This document shows, in pieces, positions 50,603 to 64,000 of a stretch of DNA of 64,000 nt; within the stretch, counting starts at the first letter, position 1; the number at the start of each line of letters is the position of its first letter. The translations under genes and the position numbers were made by a program. Source of the stretch: Squalus acanthias (Eukaryota); NCBI GenBank assembly GCA_030390025.1, contig CM059431.1, positions 116,314,001 to 116,378,000 of the forward strand. Reading direction: 5' to 3'. A model generated the notes under the pieces. The model did no database searches. It was not told where the DNA came from and saw nothing but the letters and a program-made list of their open reading frames with translations.

Positions 50603-52199
50603 AAAGTACTCGTCCCAGGCATTAACAGTAAGTGATCACACCTGCACATGTATATCCACTGCCCAATCTTTCTTGTGCAGCATGCAATCACAGCAAAGGT
50701 TCATGTTGTTTCGGAGATACTCTCTAATACTTACATGTCTTCCATAGGAAAATTAAATAATTCTAATGATATTCTTATGAATTTGACCGATGCAAAACAA
50801 GATTATCAGAGACAATTTTCAATTTTCTATAAATTCTGAATGTATTGACAAGTGGTGAAGCAGACATTGGGCAAAAAGTCAAATGAATTTTCTGTAAACT
50901 GCAATCATTGCCTTGCAGTGATGCTCAGGAAAGGAACAATTTAGAATGATTCCTACTGCTATCAACACACTTTCTGGAGACACTCCCAACTACCATCAAT
51001 GAGAAAATTCTACCCCTCGTATCGGGCAATTCTCAAAAGTAATCAAGTGTAGATATATGTAAACTGGAGAAAAGAGCAGATAATTCTGAGGAGCAGCTTG
51101 CTAGCTTTAAACAGCAGAAAGCTTTTAAGTGAGAAAGAAAGTGAGACATTGTCAACCAGAAATAAAAAGATACATCAACAAAAAATGAGCAAGAGAAAGA
51201 TCGATGAAAGCTGCCATTGAGAAAGGGTGAAGAAGGAATAGTGGTAAGAAATATTGTAAGCCAGTTGTCGAGAGAGACAGAGAACATTCAGGATTTACAT
51301 CAGAGTTTTTTTTTAAAAGTGAGCGAGTACGGTTGAGATGATTGATTCAGAGCATAAATAAGGGAGTAGAACATCAGATCGCTGCTGCCATAACAACTCG
51401 ACAGCAGAAAAATGAAAAAAAGAAGAAATAGCTGGTAGAATTCAGAAAGACGTAACACCAACATTACTGGATGTATTTAAAACTATTCTAAATATCAGCA
51501 CTCACGCAGATAATTCTAGGTGGGTGGATTGAATTGATTGCAAGAATGCGTTCATCTCAAGGGTCAGAAACGTCATCAATTGCAATGAAATAATTTCCAT
51601 TCATCTGTTATTGTTTATGATACTGTACATCTATAGTCTCAAAGAATTAAGTTTGATCATTGTTTTGCATGTAGAAGCTATGGATGACCAGTCATATGGT
51701 AGTTCAGAGCTGAATAAGTAAGTGTGTATTTAATTTTGAACTGCAATCACAGGCTTTGAGGACATGAGCTCGAGCTCCAGCCCCCACTGGCACCTCGAGC
51801 TCCCCACTCCCCCACACCCACGAGAACTCGGCCATCTCCTAGGAGGTCAACCTCTCGTTTTCACTAGGAGCTTGAACTTTGGCTTTCCCTGTTACGTTGA
51901 CCTCCCACCTTCCTGAATGCTAAGCACCTGTCTCTCCCAGGAAGTTAATTTCCCTTGCCCCCCCCCCCCCCGCCACTCAGGGACTTGACCCACCTTGCCC
52001 CGGACCTTCAGCTTCCAATACTCCCAGGAACTCAACCTCTTGTGCACATGAGACCTCAGCCTGCTCCCTCCTGGACCTCAATCTCCTGTGCCAACTGGAA
52101 GCTTGTCCTTCCACCTCTCAGGAGCTCAAGTTTCTCTGACCACCCCAGCCACCTGCCCTGTGAGTGCCATCTCCCATTCTCCCAGGATCTCAAGCTTCT

Positions 52200-52780
52200 G
52201 CCTGGGCCTCCAGTTCTCTTGCATTCCCTCTCTCATTCTGTTTCTCTCTTTGTTTCCTCATACTCTCTGCATGCTCTCTCTCTCATTCTGTGTTCTCTCT
52301 CTGCACTCATCTCTTTGGCATGTTCTTTCTCTGTGTGCACTCTCTTTCTCTGCACTTTTGTGTAGTTGCTCTGCATCCATCTGGTCTTTCTGCACATGCT
52401 CACACTCTCTGCGTGAGCTCTCTATCCTTTTACATGTGCTCTTTCTTTTTCTCCATCAGTTTTGCCGTACGAGCTCTCTTTCTATTTATGCTCCCTGTCT
52501 GTGTGTGCTCTCTCAATCTGCACACTCTCTCTCAATCTCTCAATGAAGGCGATCCATTTCTGTGCTCATTGTATCTGCATGTGTGCTGGCTCCCATTATG
52601 TACACTCTTTCACTCCTTCTCTCTCACTCTCTTCGAACACCCATTCTCACTCTGTGTGCGGCCTCTCGGCACATTCTCTTTCCCTTGCGTGCTCTCTCAT
52701 TTTCTCTCTGTCACTTGCGTGTGAGTTCTCTCTGTCTCCTTTTCAACTTCTCTCTGTTTACTGGATGTGCTCTCTCTGTT
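52200..52780. repeat. CT-rich low-complexity / degenerate microsatellite
   Basis: Dense (TC)n and (TG)n runs; the overlapping ORFs are Ser/Leu/Cys compositional artefacts. Confidence 0.85.
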
Positions 52781-54180
52781 TTTAAGGACATCAGCATGGA
52801 TTGGTATGACTCAAGCAAATAATTAGCATGCTTCAAGCAAGACAAGAGATTAGACGGTGAATATTTCTGGAGCGTGGTTCACCACGACAAAATGGTGATA
52901 GCACACATCTGGTGCGCTTCACCAGAAACCACATGATGGAACCTAAACTTCCTGTTCTCTCTCATTTGCTAACTGGGCCTTCTCATTGGGCATTGTCTGT
53001 AGACATACAGGAAATTAGGGGCAGTGTCAAGCCTTAAATGCCTTCTGTGAGGCTGCTTGCCCACACACCAGGAAAAGACTCTGGTGATGCCAGCAATTAC
53101 CAGCCTTTATCTTATTGAGCTTCCTGGGAAAGCTTCTGGAGAGTCATCACATACCTTCTCCAAAATCATCTTGATGCCATTAATTTCATAAAACTCAGAT
53201 CTAGCAGGATTCAGAAAAGGACCAATAACAACTTGCTACAATTAGCAAAACATGTTCTCTGAACCTTTAACAAGAAAGAATGCAGAATGACAGTGTTCCT
53301 GGATATCAAAAACTATTGAGTTTTGCCCAATTGACTACAATCTCTGAGCTCAACATCCCAGATAGGTGTTTTAATGGATATTTACTGTAGAGACATCAAA
53401 CACCAGCAGGATTTGCCCAATGACCGGAGTTCTCCAGGGCACAGTTTTCAGCCCACTCCTGTTCCTCATTGTGTGAATGACATTTCAACAAAGTCTGGGG
53501 CTTTCTTTTTGGGTATCCTTCATGAGCTTAGATCTGGAGGAATGGGTCTGCTAATAGTTAATTCTACTGAACTCCAGTAAATCACAGTTCAAAAAAAAAG
53601 CAAGCTCAAAACCAGTCCCAACCAGCAGATCACAAAAGTTCACAGGTGTAACTTTCCAGAGGAATATAGCTTGGACATGGCACATTAACAAAATTACAGC
53701 AATTCTACCTCAGATTAAGAGGCTACAAACAATTACGAACTGAGCAGTAAAGGCAGCGTATGGCCTCCCATGCTCTATCTGCTCAACCTATCCACACAGT
53801 ATCTGTGGACTTGAAAAAATGTAAGAAAGGTTTCTGAGACACCGCCAGAGGTAGCTGCACGAGGCAAGGACTAACCTAACATTGTCATTGCCGATAAGAG
53901 GAAGGACAGAACTGACCGCAATACTTTAGGGATCTTAGCAACATTCAATGAGAGGACTTTAGTGCAGTGATTAATTAAGTGGCACTGAAATTCGCACACC
54001 CATTAGAATTGATTGCCATGAATTCCAGAATATCCAACATAAAAAGGATATATAAAGGGTAATAAATCCAGGGCCACCCTTAGCATGCTCCTAGTGGTAC
54101 TAGCTTATGTTAGTGCATTATGAGAGATTTGGAGGAGTTTTTGCTTTTGGATATCTGTGGTGAGTTTTTTGACTTTTTAC

Positions 54181-54425
54181 ATGGACCTCAAATTCAAACC
54201 CTCACTCTTTGGGCTCCTCCTTCAATAATAAGAGTCCAGAGTTACTTCTGGAAGAGGTTGAAAGATGGAGGGAGATCATACATCTATTGTTTGGGAGGAA
54301 GGTTCGGGAACACATGATAGGATGGCTTGGCAGAAGTTTGCTGAGGCCATCAATGTGACGCCAACCATATGAAGGACAAGGCTTCAGCACCGTAAAACGT
54401 TCAACAATCTGGAACTATGCAGAGT
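54181..54425 (+). pseudogene. Degraded Harbinger Myb/SANT exon
   Basis: Across frameshifts: PELLLEEVERWREII..RMAWQKFAEAINVTPTI*RTRLQHRKTFNNL, matching the W..IA..VN..RT..QCRKKFNDL pattern. Confidence 0.6.
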
Positions 54426-54872
54426 GAGGTGTTGGCTACCAGTTGATCCAAGCATCACTGAGACACAGAAATGTCATTTTGAAAGCATCCAGCCCCTAAC
54501 ACGTTTCACTGAGAGAGGTCCAAAGCTTATCAGTGATGATACGTGACAGCAGTATCAGAATCATAAGCTTAAGCACGCACCTCCTTCCCCTTACATGCCT
54601 GGAGTTAGTACCGAAGGGGGAAAGTGACTGACTCCAAAGGTCTTATTGTTGTTATAATTGCATAGAAAGGCAGTCTACAACGGGTGCTATGGGTAGCAGC
54701 CTATTTTCCTTTACATTGCAAAAAATAGGCGCTAATTGGTTCTAAACGTAGGAAAATCCACTCTATGAGCTTTGTTTCCCCCCCACCCCCCACAGTTAAT
54801 AGGTGGAATGCACCCCCATAAAAGTTAGTAAAAGACTATGGGATAAATTTTCACCTTTAGCATTGTCATAAT

Positions 54873-56047
54873 TTGCCCTCTGAGGAGAGATTGGGTGGAC
54901 TAAGCCTATGTTCCCTGGAGGTTAGAAGAATGAGAGGTGATGTCATTGATACATATACTATTAGGACTGGATTTTGCAGTTGTAATGATGGCAAAACTGT
55001 CAGTGTTTGCCGTCATTACTCTGTGAAACTGACAGCAACGTATGGCATCCGCACATGTGCAGTTAAACGCAGAAATCCAGAAGGTGCTATCAGTGATTCC
55101 TTGCTCCTACACAGGGTGCGTAGTTGAAGTCCCCGCAGATGGCAATCTTTAGAAATCACTTAACCTGACGTGAACTTCCCCTTTTTGCTATAATATCACT
55201 GTTAAATCCCCCCCAAAAAGTTAAGCCTTTTGAATGAGGTGCAACTGGGTTTTTAATGGTGTACTAAGTCATAACTACTGCTGAACAACCTCTTTAGCCC
55301 TGAAAAGCTAATTTTATATTTGTGGAATGCCAATTTTTTCCATTATGATAACAATCCCATAGGTTTTTAATATAATAAAAAACATTTAAAAAGTTTATTT
55401 ATGATATTTCAGCTTTTACCTTAATGTCATGTGTATGTCCCAATCTTTATTTACTTTCTATACAATGATTAAAATGTGAATTATAATCCCTGCTTTTTAC
55501 TTCCTGCTTTGCTGTCTGTGAGAATTCTTTAATGTGATTGGCTGCTTAGCCTGCTTGATGACATCAGTGTTGCTGGATGCTGGAGATCCCCTTGAGTTGG
55601 CGCCAGAATCAAACTAACGTCAGGAAAGGTAAAACCCAGGCTAGATCTTTGTGGGCAGCTTTCTTCGAGGTCAGCGGCAAGTGCCATCACTTCGCCGCTG
55701 ACCGCAAAATCCCTGCCATAAAATTCTTAAGGGGCTGGACAGGATAGATGCTGGGAGGATGTTTCCCCTGGGAGTCTCGAAATGAGGGTCACAGTCTCAG
55801 AGTAAGGGGTCGGCTTGAGATGAGGAGAAATTTCTTCATTCAAAGGGTTGTGAATCTTTGGAATTCTCTACACCTGAGGGCTGTGGATACTCAGTCGTTA
55901 AGTATATTTAAGACAGAGATCGATAGATTTTTGAATACTAAGGAAATCAATGGATATGGGGATAGTGCGATAAGGTGGAGTTGATCTTATTGAATGGCAG
56001 GGTTGAAGGGCCTCAAGGCCTGCTCCTGCTCCTATTTCTTATGTTCT
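54873..56047 (+). mobile_element. CR1 3' fragment split by a MITE
   Basis: EERLGGLSLCSLEVRRMRGDVIDTY (54873-54960) resumes KILKGLDRID..RRNFFIQRVVNLWNSL at 55718. Confidence 0.85.
54964..55717. mobile_element. Harbinger-type MITE
   Basis: TIRs GGACTGGATTTTGC / GCAAAATCCCTGCC with TTA/ATA flanks; it interrupts the CR1 frame. Confidence 0.78.
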
Positions 56048-56469
56048 CATTCCCAGTGCAGAGCTCCAAGTGCTTGGAGTGCATGTTGGAAATTAAGGCA
56101 CACACTTGATTTTTCAATATGCCTCCTGGTGTACCAGGAACTAAAGATGAGAATTCATCCTTATATTGGTTAAATTCTCTAAACAGAAGCTGGATGAGTA
56201 CCTGGTTCTGAAAGGATTTGTAGTGAATCAAATCATCGGCATGGATGATCAAATATAAAAATACATTGTGAAAATGTGGTTCTGGTGCTGTTGTCATAAA
56301 GGAAGAACTGCATTTATATAACATCTTTCACATCTTCATGATATCCCAAAACACTTCACAGCCAATTAACTATTTTGAGATATAGTTACATAGGCAAATG
56401 CAGCAGCCAATTTGCATACAGCTAGGTCCCACAAACAGCAATGAGATTAATAAGCAGTTAATCTGTTTT

Positions 56470-56773
56470 CACAGAATCCCCACAGTGCAGATAGAGGCCA
56501 TTTCGGCCCATCGAGCCTGCACCGACACATATCCCACCCTATCCCCGTAACCCCATGTATTTAATCCCCCTAACACTAAAGGTCAATTTATCATAGCCAA
56601 ATCAACCTAACCCACACATCTTTGGACTGTGGGAGGAAACCGGAGCACCCAGAGGAAACCCACACAGACATGGGGAGAATGTGCAAACTCCACACAGACA
56701 GTCACCCGAGGCCGGATTCGAACCCGGGTCTCTGGCGCTGTGAGGCAACAGTGCTAACCACTATGCCACCGTG
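56470..56773 (-). mobile_element. tRNA-derived V-SINE (HE1-like)
   Basis: Near-identical to 12819-13121. Confidence 0.88.
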
Positions 56774-56885
56774 TTTTGGTCTTGATGGTCGAGAGATAAA
56801 TATTGGCCAGGACATCGGGGATCTCCCATACTCTTTTTGAATTGTACTATGAGTTCTTTTATACCCACCTCGACAGGGAGTCAAG

Positions 56886-57676
56886 GGGGGCGATTTTCCC
56901 AGCCTTGGGGAGGCAGGTATGGAGGCGGGACTGCCAGGAAAATGGCAGAATCTGGGAGCGGGTATCCATCCCGCCCCCAACCCGCCTCCATGCCATCTTC
57001 CCAGGAGGCGGGTACGCGACCCGCGCCGGGTCCCATCTCCTCGAGGTGGGAAGGGTTTAGTGCCAATTAACTGCCTGTTAACAGGTAGTTAAAAGGCAGT
57101 TTTTTGGATAACCCCTATTTTGAGCCCTAAAGTGTGGGCTTCCCGATGGCTCCGAACCTCGCCAGGGTCAGCGAGACGAGCCATGGGTCTGGGGGGAGCT
57201 GAGGGGCCGAAATGTCCGGTGTGCAGGTGAGTGATGAGTGCAAGTGTGGAGAGGTGAGTGTGTGAGGTGAGTCTAAAGTGTTTTAATAAGATTACTTACC
57301 TTTGCTTCTTCCTCCAGGCTTCATCCCTTTAGGCTGCGGAGCTGCCTCATCTCGTTGGCCGAGAAAGCAGAATGGCCGTTGCATTCTTAAATGCAGCAGC
57401 GTTCTGCTTTCTGCTCAGGAAAGCTTTCTAAGTGAGCCTGTGTCCAAGGTCTCAACTTAGAAGACAGATTGTCAGTGTTTGACAGCTTCACAGAGCTGTC
57501 AAACGATGACAATTCATCTGTCAAAAAAACTTTGCCAGCTAAGCCCGCTGGGCGGGCTTAACAAGGCCAATCAAGGGAAAATAGCGTGGGTTGGCCAGAT
57601 GTCGATGGAGGCGGGGCTAAAACCCGACAAGCAGCTTTCCCGCCTCCATCACATCCCCATTGATGAAATCACCCCC
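56886..57676. mobile_element. Harbinger MITE, 3-bp TSD
   Basis: TIRs GGGGGCGATTTTC / GAAATCACCCCC with TSD AAG (56883-56885 / 57677-57679). Confidence 0.85.
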
Positions 57677-58649
57677 AAGGTCTCAGTTTATTGTCTCATC
57701 TGAAAGACAGCAACTCTAACAATGCAGTACTTGGTACTGCACTGAAGTGTCAGCTTAGATTATGTGCTCAAATCCTTGGGATGGTGCTTGAATCCACAAC
57801 CTTCTGATTCAAAGACAAGGGTGCTATCATTGGGGTAGGCTAACAGTGATCAGAGGAATGTAATTTCTGGAATTCAGTGTGTCAAGATGAAAAAGTTAAA
57901 TTGATGTTCTGTCATTTTGTTTCATTGGTTTCTAGGTCAGGGAGCAATTTCAGAATTTTCTAATTACTTATGGATATTCATTTCCCTCAGGAAATTGAAT
58001 TCATTTCGAACAGTAACCTGACATGGTCCTTTGAAACAAACATTCTTCATTAGCCCAATTTTAATACTGTTCTATTTTTTATTAAAAGCCCGATAAAGCT
58101 CAGCACCATGAGAACTGTAGGTGCAACATAGAGTTTTGAACTCAGTTAATTCAATGTTTCTGCAATATGTTTTACTGAAACCTTTTTTAAAAATAATCTC
58201 TTGAAAATACTGCAGAGGCATAATTGCTTTCCAATGCTTCTTTGTCTTCTCTGGCTTCTCATCAAAGAAGATGGCAGTGCAGCATATAAAGTGCACTGAA
58301 GACTCATTTGCACATTTTAATGGGGGTTTTTTTTAGCTCCAGAGAGAATGCATTGCCTCTGGAAATCCAACTTTTAAAAAATTGGTAGCCAAATTTAAAT
58401 TGTCATTAAAGACTTGACTTCATCTTAATTCAGTGTACTGCAAATTTGGACAAACTGTGATTTGGAACCAGTTCCGTACTTATCCCTAAATATAAGAGAA
58501 AGTTGCTGAGCCAAGTCATTCCAGTAGCACAGAGTTATGGTTTACCAAGACGCTGTTCAACAAAGTGATAACGCACAGGTTAGAATGTGTAAAGCACCAT
58601 GCCAGTACTATTTTCTCTATGTGCTAAATGCTATATGTTCTTTTTTGTG

Positions 58650-58995
58650 TCTTTTTGCTGTTCCCTTTGGGGATCAGTGTGAAGTAGTGGAAGGATTTGT
58701 AGGCTGATTAACAGTTATGACTGGCCACATTAACACTCCTTCCATGGCTGTAACCATCTTTACACCAGCCAATAGGGTGGTTAGTCCTATATGGCGGGAA
58801 GGTTTATGGGCTCCCACAACCCATACGATGAGGGAGGCCACCACACCCACCAAACACGAGTATTCTGCTGGATGTCAATGTAGAATTCAAAGCTGGAGCT
58901 CTGAATCCACTTGCCAGAACAGTCTGGATTGGTGTTCGAACCCTGCACTTTCTGGCCCAGAAGCAGCAATGCCACCACTGCGCCAACGGCTCACT
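58650..58995 (-). mobile_element. tRNA-derived SINE-like element, family not recognised
   Basis: Minus strand TGGCGCAGTGG (A box) and GGGTTCGAACAC (B box) at tRNA spacing, followed by ~270 bp of body and an A-rich end. The 3' boundary is approximate. Confidence 0.55.
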
Positions 58996-59171
58996 CACTT
59001 TATGTTCTTTATAAATGGATTCATGATCTCATTAAACATCCTGCAGAAAGCTTGCCCCAGGGTGAGTACTCGACGTCAGTCAGAGCACCAGAGGGAGGTG
59101 TTAAGTGTGTCCTCGGCACTTCCACACGGGAACACAGGAAGAAGAGAACATTAGGAAGCACAAGATACTTT

Positions 59172-62100
59172 GGCCGCAATTTTTCCTACCTCGGCGGGTC
59201 CGTGGCGGGCAACGATGGTGGCGGGTTCCGATCCTGCTGCTGGCTCCAGCTCGCAGTGCAGAATGATTTTACGTTGATTGGGCTTGTTAAGCCCACCCAG
59301 AACGTTTGACAGCCAAATGAAGGAAGCGGGTCTGGTGATGTCATTTGTTGACGCGTCATCAGCCGGTTTCCTTAAAGGGACCATGCCCAAATTTATTTTG
59401 ACAGTTGTGCTGTCAGTGTTCTACAGCATTGAGGTGCTGCAAACACTGACAAGCAATGCACAGAGGTGCACGGCTGCACCCAGGCTCTCCCATGACTCCC
59501 TCCATATGCTTATGGAGGGAGTCACAGCACACAGGGAGGTTCTCTTCCCTTCCAATGGGCAGAAGACACCTCCCCAGGAGACCAATGCAGCCTGGTTGCA
59601 CATTGCACAGGAGGACACAAGCAGGGATGTCATCAGGAGGACCAGGCTGCAGTGTCGCAAACCTTTCAATGATCGCAGTAGATCACAAAATGTTAGTACA
59701 AAATCACACTCAACCTCATCCTGCTTTGCCACTCATCACATCCCCATCACTCTGCCTTCCCTACCCTACTCCTGCACATCCTTACTCACACCAACTTACC
59801 TTGCACCTCCATCCATCCCTCTCTATCTACATTATCACTTCCCCATCTCACTAGCCACCCCTCACACTCACCCTCATCCTAGTGCAATCATAACAGCTAA
59901 CAACACACAAGGGTAGGCATTTGGGTGCTTTATGCAATGTTCATGCAAGTTTCTGTTAATGTGCTGTCAAACATTGAAACCTTTATTTTCAACACTTTTT
60001 TGTGTACTTTGACAGATCTGTGTGCACCTTTGAAAGTGGCTTAGTGAGCTGCAGTGAATGGTGAGACATAACAGTACCCCCCGCAATGTTGATGAGTGTG
60101 AAAGGAATGGCTTGGGCATTGTAGGGATGCTTTATCTTGTTGGAGTGGGATGGTGCTAACCTGGTGCATCATGTGGCAGCTAGGGTGTACAGCATCAAGT
60201 GAAGTAAATCTGCCCATGGTGAGGCCATCGCTGGCCTCCCGGGCAGCAATGTGGTTGGGTGCTTATGTCCTGTGCAGCATCAGTTGATTGCGGAGAAAGT
60301 TGGTGTTGTTGTTGGTGCTGCTGGTGTTGGGGCTGATAGTGGTGGAATTCTGAGGACCAAGGTGAGATAATTTCAAGGCACCGATGCTGATGTAATAGAA
60401 GGCAGGTGAACTTGAGATGACAGACGCAATCTGTCAATGGTGAGAGAGGTTGTTCCAATAGAAACATAGAAGATAGGAGCAGGAGTAGGCCATTCGGCCC
60501 CTCGAGCCTGCTCCGCCATTCGATGAGATCATGGCTGATCATCCAAACTCAGTACCCTGTACCTGCCTTCTCCCCATATCCCTTGATACCTTTAGATTTA
60601 AGAAATATATCTAACTCATTCTTGAATATATTTAATGACTTGGCCTCAACTACCTTCTGTGGTAGAGAATTCCACAGGTTCACCACTCTCTGGGTGAAGA
60701 AATTCTTCCTCATTTCTGTCCTAAATGGCTTACCTCTTATCCTTAGATTATGACCCCTGGTTCTGGACTCTCCGACCATCGGGAACATTCTTCCTGCATC
60801 CAGTCTGTCCAGACCTGTCAGAATTTTATATGTTTCGATGAGATCCCCTCTCATTCTTCTATACTCCAGCGAGTATAAGCCCAATCAACCCAATCTCTCC
60901 TCATATGTCATTCCTGCCATCCCAGGAATCAGCCTTGTGAATCTTCGCTGAACTCCTTCCATGGCAAGAACATCCTTCCTCAGATAAGGCGACCAAAACT
61001 GCACACAGTACACAAGGTGTGGTCTCACCAAGGCCCTGTACAACTGCAGCAGGACATCCCTGTTCCTATACTCAAACCCTTTCGCTATGAAGGCCAACAT
61101 ACCATTTGCCTTCTTCACCGCCTGCTGCACCTGCATGCTTACCTTCAGTGACTGGTGCACAAGGACACCCAGGTCTCGTTGCACTTCCCCTTCTCCCAAT
61201 CTATTGCCATTCAGATAATAGTCTGCCTTTCTGTTTTTGACACCAAAGTGGATAACCTCGCATTTATCCACGTTATATTGCATCTGCCACGCTTCTGCCC
61301 ACTCACCCAACCTGTCCAAATCATCCTGGAGTTTCTCGGTATCCTCCTCGCAGCACACACTCCCACCCAGCTTTGTGTCATCTGCAAACTTGGAGATATT
61401 ACATTTAGTTCCCTTATCTAGATCATTAATGTATATTGTGAATAGCTGGGTTCCAAGGACCGATCCCTGCGGCACCCCACTAGTCACTGCTTGCCACTCG
61501 GAAAAAGACCCATTAATTCCTACTCTCTGCTTTCTGTCCGCCAACCAGTTCTCTATCCAAGTCAATACCTTGCCCCCAATCCCATGTGCCTTAACTTAAC
61601 ACGCTAATCTCTTATGGGGGACCTTATCGAAAGCCTTCTGAAAGTCAAATACACCACATCTACTGATTCTCCCTTATCTATTTTCCCAGTTACGTCCTCA
61701 AAAAATTCCAGTAGATTAGTCAAGCACGATTTACCTTTTGTAAATCCATGTTGACTTTGTCCGATCCTGTCACTGCTTTTCAAGTACTTAGCTATTACAT
61801 CCTTTATAATGGACTCTAGCATTTTCCCCACTACCAATGTCAGGCTTACCGGTCTGTAATTCCCCGCTTTCTCTCTACCACCCTTTTTGAATAGTGGGGT
61901 AACATTAGCTACCCTCCAATCCATGGGTACAGTTCCAGATTCCATCGAATGTTGGAAGATAATCATCAATGCATCTACTATTTCTAGGGCCACTTCCTTA
62001 AGTACCCTAGGATGTAGATTATCAGGCCCTGGGGATTTATCGGCCTTCAGTCCCGTCAATTTCCCTAACACCATTTCCCTGCAAATACTGATTTCTTTCA

Positions 62101-64000
62101 GTTCCTCCCTTTCATCAGACCGTATGTTCTCCAACATCTCTGGGATGTTATTTGTGTCCTCCTTTGTGAAGACAGAACCAAAATATGCATTTAATTGGGC
62201 TGCCATTTCTTTGTTCCCCATTATAACTTACCCCGCTTCTGACTGCAAGGGACCTACACTTGATTTCACTAATCTTTTTCTCTTCACATATCTATAAAAG
62301 CTCTTACAGTCAGTTTTTATGTTCCCAGCAAGCTTACTTTCATATTCTATTTTCCCCTTCTTAATTAATCCCTTTGGCCTCCTTTGTTGAATCCTAAACT
62401 GCTCCCAATCCTCAGGGTTACCGCTTTTTCTGGCCAATTTATATGCCCTCTCCTTGAATCTTATGCTATCCCTAATTTCCCTTGTTAGCCACGGTTGAGT
62501 CACCCTTTTTGTTTTATTCTTATGCCACACAGGGATGAACAAATTCTGTAGTTCATCCATGCAGTCTTTGAATGTTTGCCATTGCCTATCCACCGTCAAC
62601 CCTTTGAGTGACATTCCCCAATCAATCCTACCCAATTCACGCCTCATGCCATCGTAGTTTCCTTTATTTAAATTCAGGACCCTAGTCTCTGATTCAACTA
62701 CTTCACTCTCCATCCTAATGAAGAATTCTATCATATTATGATCACTCTGACCCAAGGGGCCTCGTACAACAAGGTTGCTAATTAATTCTTTCTCGTTACA
62801 TAATACCCAGTCTAAGATGGCCTGATCTCTGGTTGGTTCCTCGACATATTGTTCCAGAAAACCATCCCGTAAACATTCTAGGAATTCCTCCTCCACCGTA
62901 TTTTTACTAATTTGGTTAGCCCAATCTATATGTAAATTAAAGTCACCCATGATGACTGCTGTGCCCTTACTGCATGCTTCTCTAATTTCCCTTTTAATGC
63001 CATCCCCAACCTCCGTATTACTGTTTGGAGGTCTATATACCACTCCCACTAACGTTTTCTGCCCCTTGTTATTTCTCAGTTCTACCCATACAGATTCTGC
63101 ATCATCAGAGCTAATAACCTTCCTTTCAATTGTGTTAATCCCCTCTTTAACCAGCAATGCTACCCCACCTCCCTTTCTTTTTTGCCTATCTTTCCTAAAT
63201 ATTGAATAACCCTGGATGTTGAGTTCCCAGCCTTGGCCACCCTGGAGCCATGTTTCTGTAATCCCAATCAAATCGTATTCATTTACCTCTATTTGCGCAG
63301 CTAATTCATCCACCTTGTTCCGAATGCTCCTTGCATTAAGACACAAAGCCTTCAGGCTTGTTTTTTTAACGCTCTCAGACCTATATGAATTATTATTTAC
63401 TGTGACCATGTTTGATTTAAACCGTTGAGTTCTTTGCCTTCTACTTTTGTTTTTCTCCTTCCTGTCTTTAGCTTTTATCCTTGTTCCCTTTCCTCTGTCT
63501 CCCTGCTCAGGTTCCCACCCCCCTGCCACTTTCGTTTAAACCCTCCCCAACAGCACTAGCAAACACTCCCCCTAGGACATCGGTCCCGGCCCTGCCCAGG
63601 CGCAGACCGTCCCGTTTGTACTGGTCCCACCTCCCCCAAAACCGGTTCCAACGTCCAAGGAATTTGAATCCCTCCCCCTTGCACCATTCCTCTAGCCATG
63701 TATTCATTTGAAATATCCTCCTATTTCTACTCTGACTAGCACGTGGCACTGGTAGCAATCCTGAGATTACTACCTTTGAGGTCCTATTTTTAATTTACCT
63801 CCTAACTCCCTATATTCTGCTTTTAGGACCTCATCCCATTTTTTACCTATATCGTTGATGCCTATGTGCACCACGACAACTGGCTGTTCGCCCTCCCCCT
63901 CCAAAATGTTCTGTAGCCGCTCCGAGACGTCCAATGAGGTGACACTGGATAGAGAGTTTACTCCAAACACTTGCAACCTGCATAAAGCTCAATCTGTCTT
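59172..64000 (+). mobile_element. Non-autonomous Harbinger derivative (H4), interrupted by a long CR1, running off the window
   Basis: Left terminus GGCCGCAATTTTTCCTACCTCGGCGGG matches the H3 end. Myb exon 1 at ~59456-59690. Sequence at 63930-64000 resumes H3 homology (rc of 15070-15145). Confidence 0.85.
60460..63932 (-). mobile_element. CR1 LINE, nearly full length: ORF1 esterase remnant and ORF2 APE+RT with frameshifts
   Basis: VVVHIGINDIG and DGLRL (SGNH-like), LNARSIRNK/ITETW/MGDFN/SDH (APE), NYRPVSL, QHGF, SGVPQGSVLG, FADD. TCCAAT is repeated at 60454-60459 / 63930-63935. Confidence 0.95.

Larger units (their letters stand above)
56300..57845 (-). mobile_element. DeuSINE split by a V-SINE and a MITE
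   Basis: Segments 56300-56469, 56774-56885 and 57677-57845 are collinear with 45828-46282. Confidence 0.75.

Noticed and set aside
51955..52822. Cluster of overlapping Ser/Leu/Cys-rich ORFs
   Set aside because: Artefact of stop-poor CT-rich low-complexity DNA.
59278..59916. 212-aa ORF as a novel gene
   Set aside because: It is Harbinger subterminal sequence plus Myb exon 1 reading through into the intron. The homologous H3 copy is broken.
1..64000. CRISPR arrays, operons or prokaryotic defence systems
   Set aside because: No regularly spaced repeat-spacer array and no prokaryotic gene organisation; the content is vertebrate transposon-derived.

Overview
Repeat-dominated vertebrate non-coding DNA (intergenic or deep intronic). 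It is most likely from a cartilaginous fish, inferred from HE1/V-SINE-like and DeuSINE-like SINEs and the CR1/L2 LINE set. I could not support any host protein-coding exon. The window is a nested stack of transposons. (i) Four insertions of one young Neptune-type Penelope-like element family, each with a 12-14 bp target duplication and a minimal hammerhead-like motif; two have inverted architectures, an ~800-bp-arm inverted repeat and a 324-bp near-perfect palindrome built only from the terminal repeat. (ii) Several PIF/Harbinger DNA transposons of very different ages: a complete two-gene copy with TIRs, a degraded parent plus two internally deleted derivatives, MITEs, and ancient fossils absent from the ORF track. 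(iii) Two solo LTRs with 4-bp TSDs and a third LTR-like segment. (iv) CR1 and L2 LINEs and tRNA-derived SINEs. I see no clearly new biological system. The most interesting signals are the Penelope end structures (ribozyme motif, fold-back tail, consistent junction) and the Harbinger family history, all read by eye without database searches.
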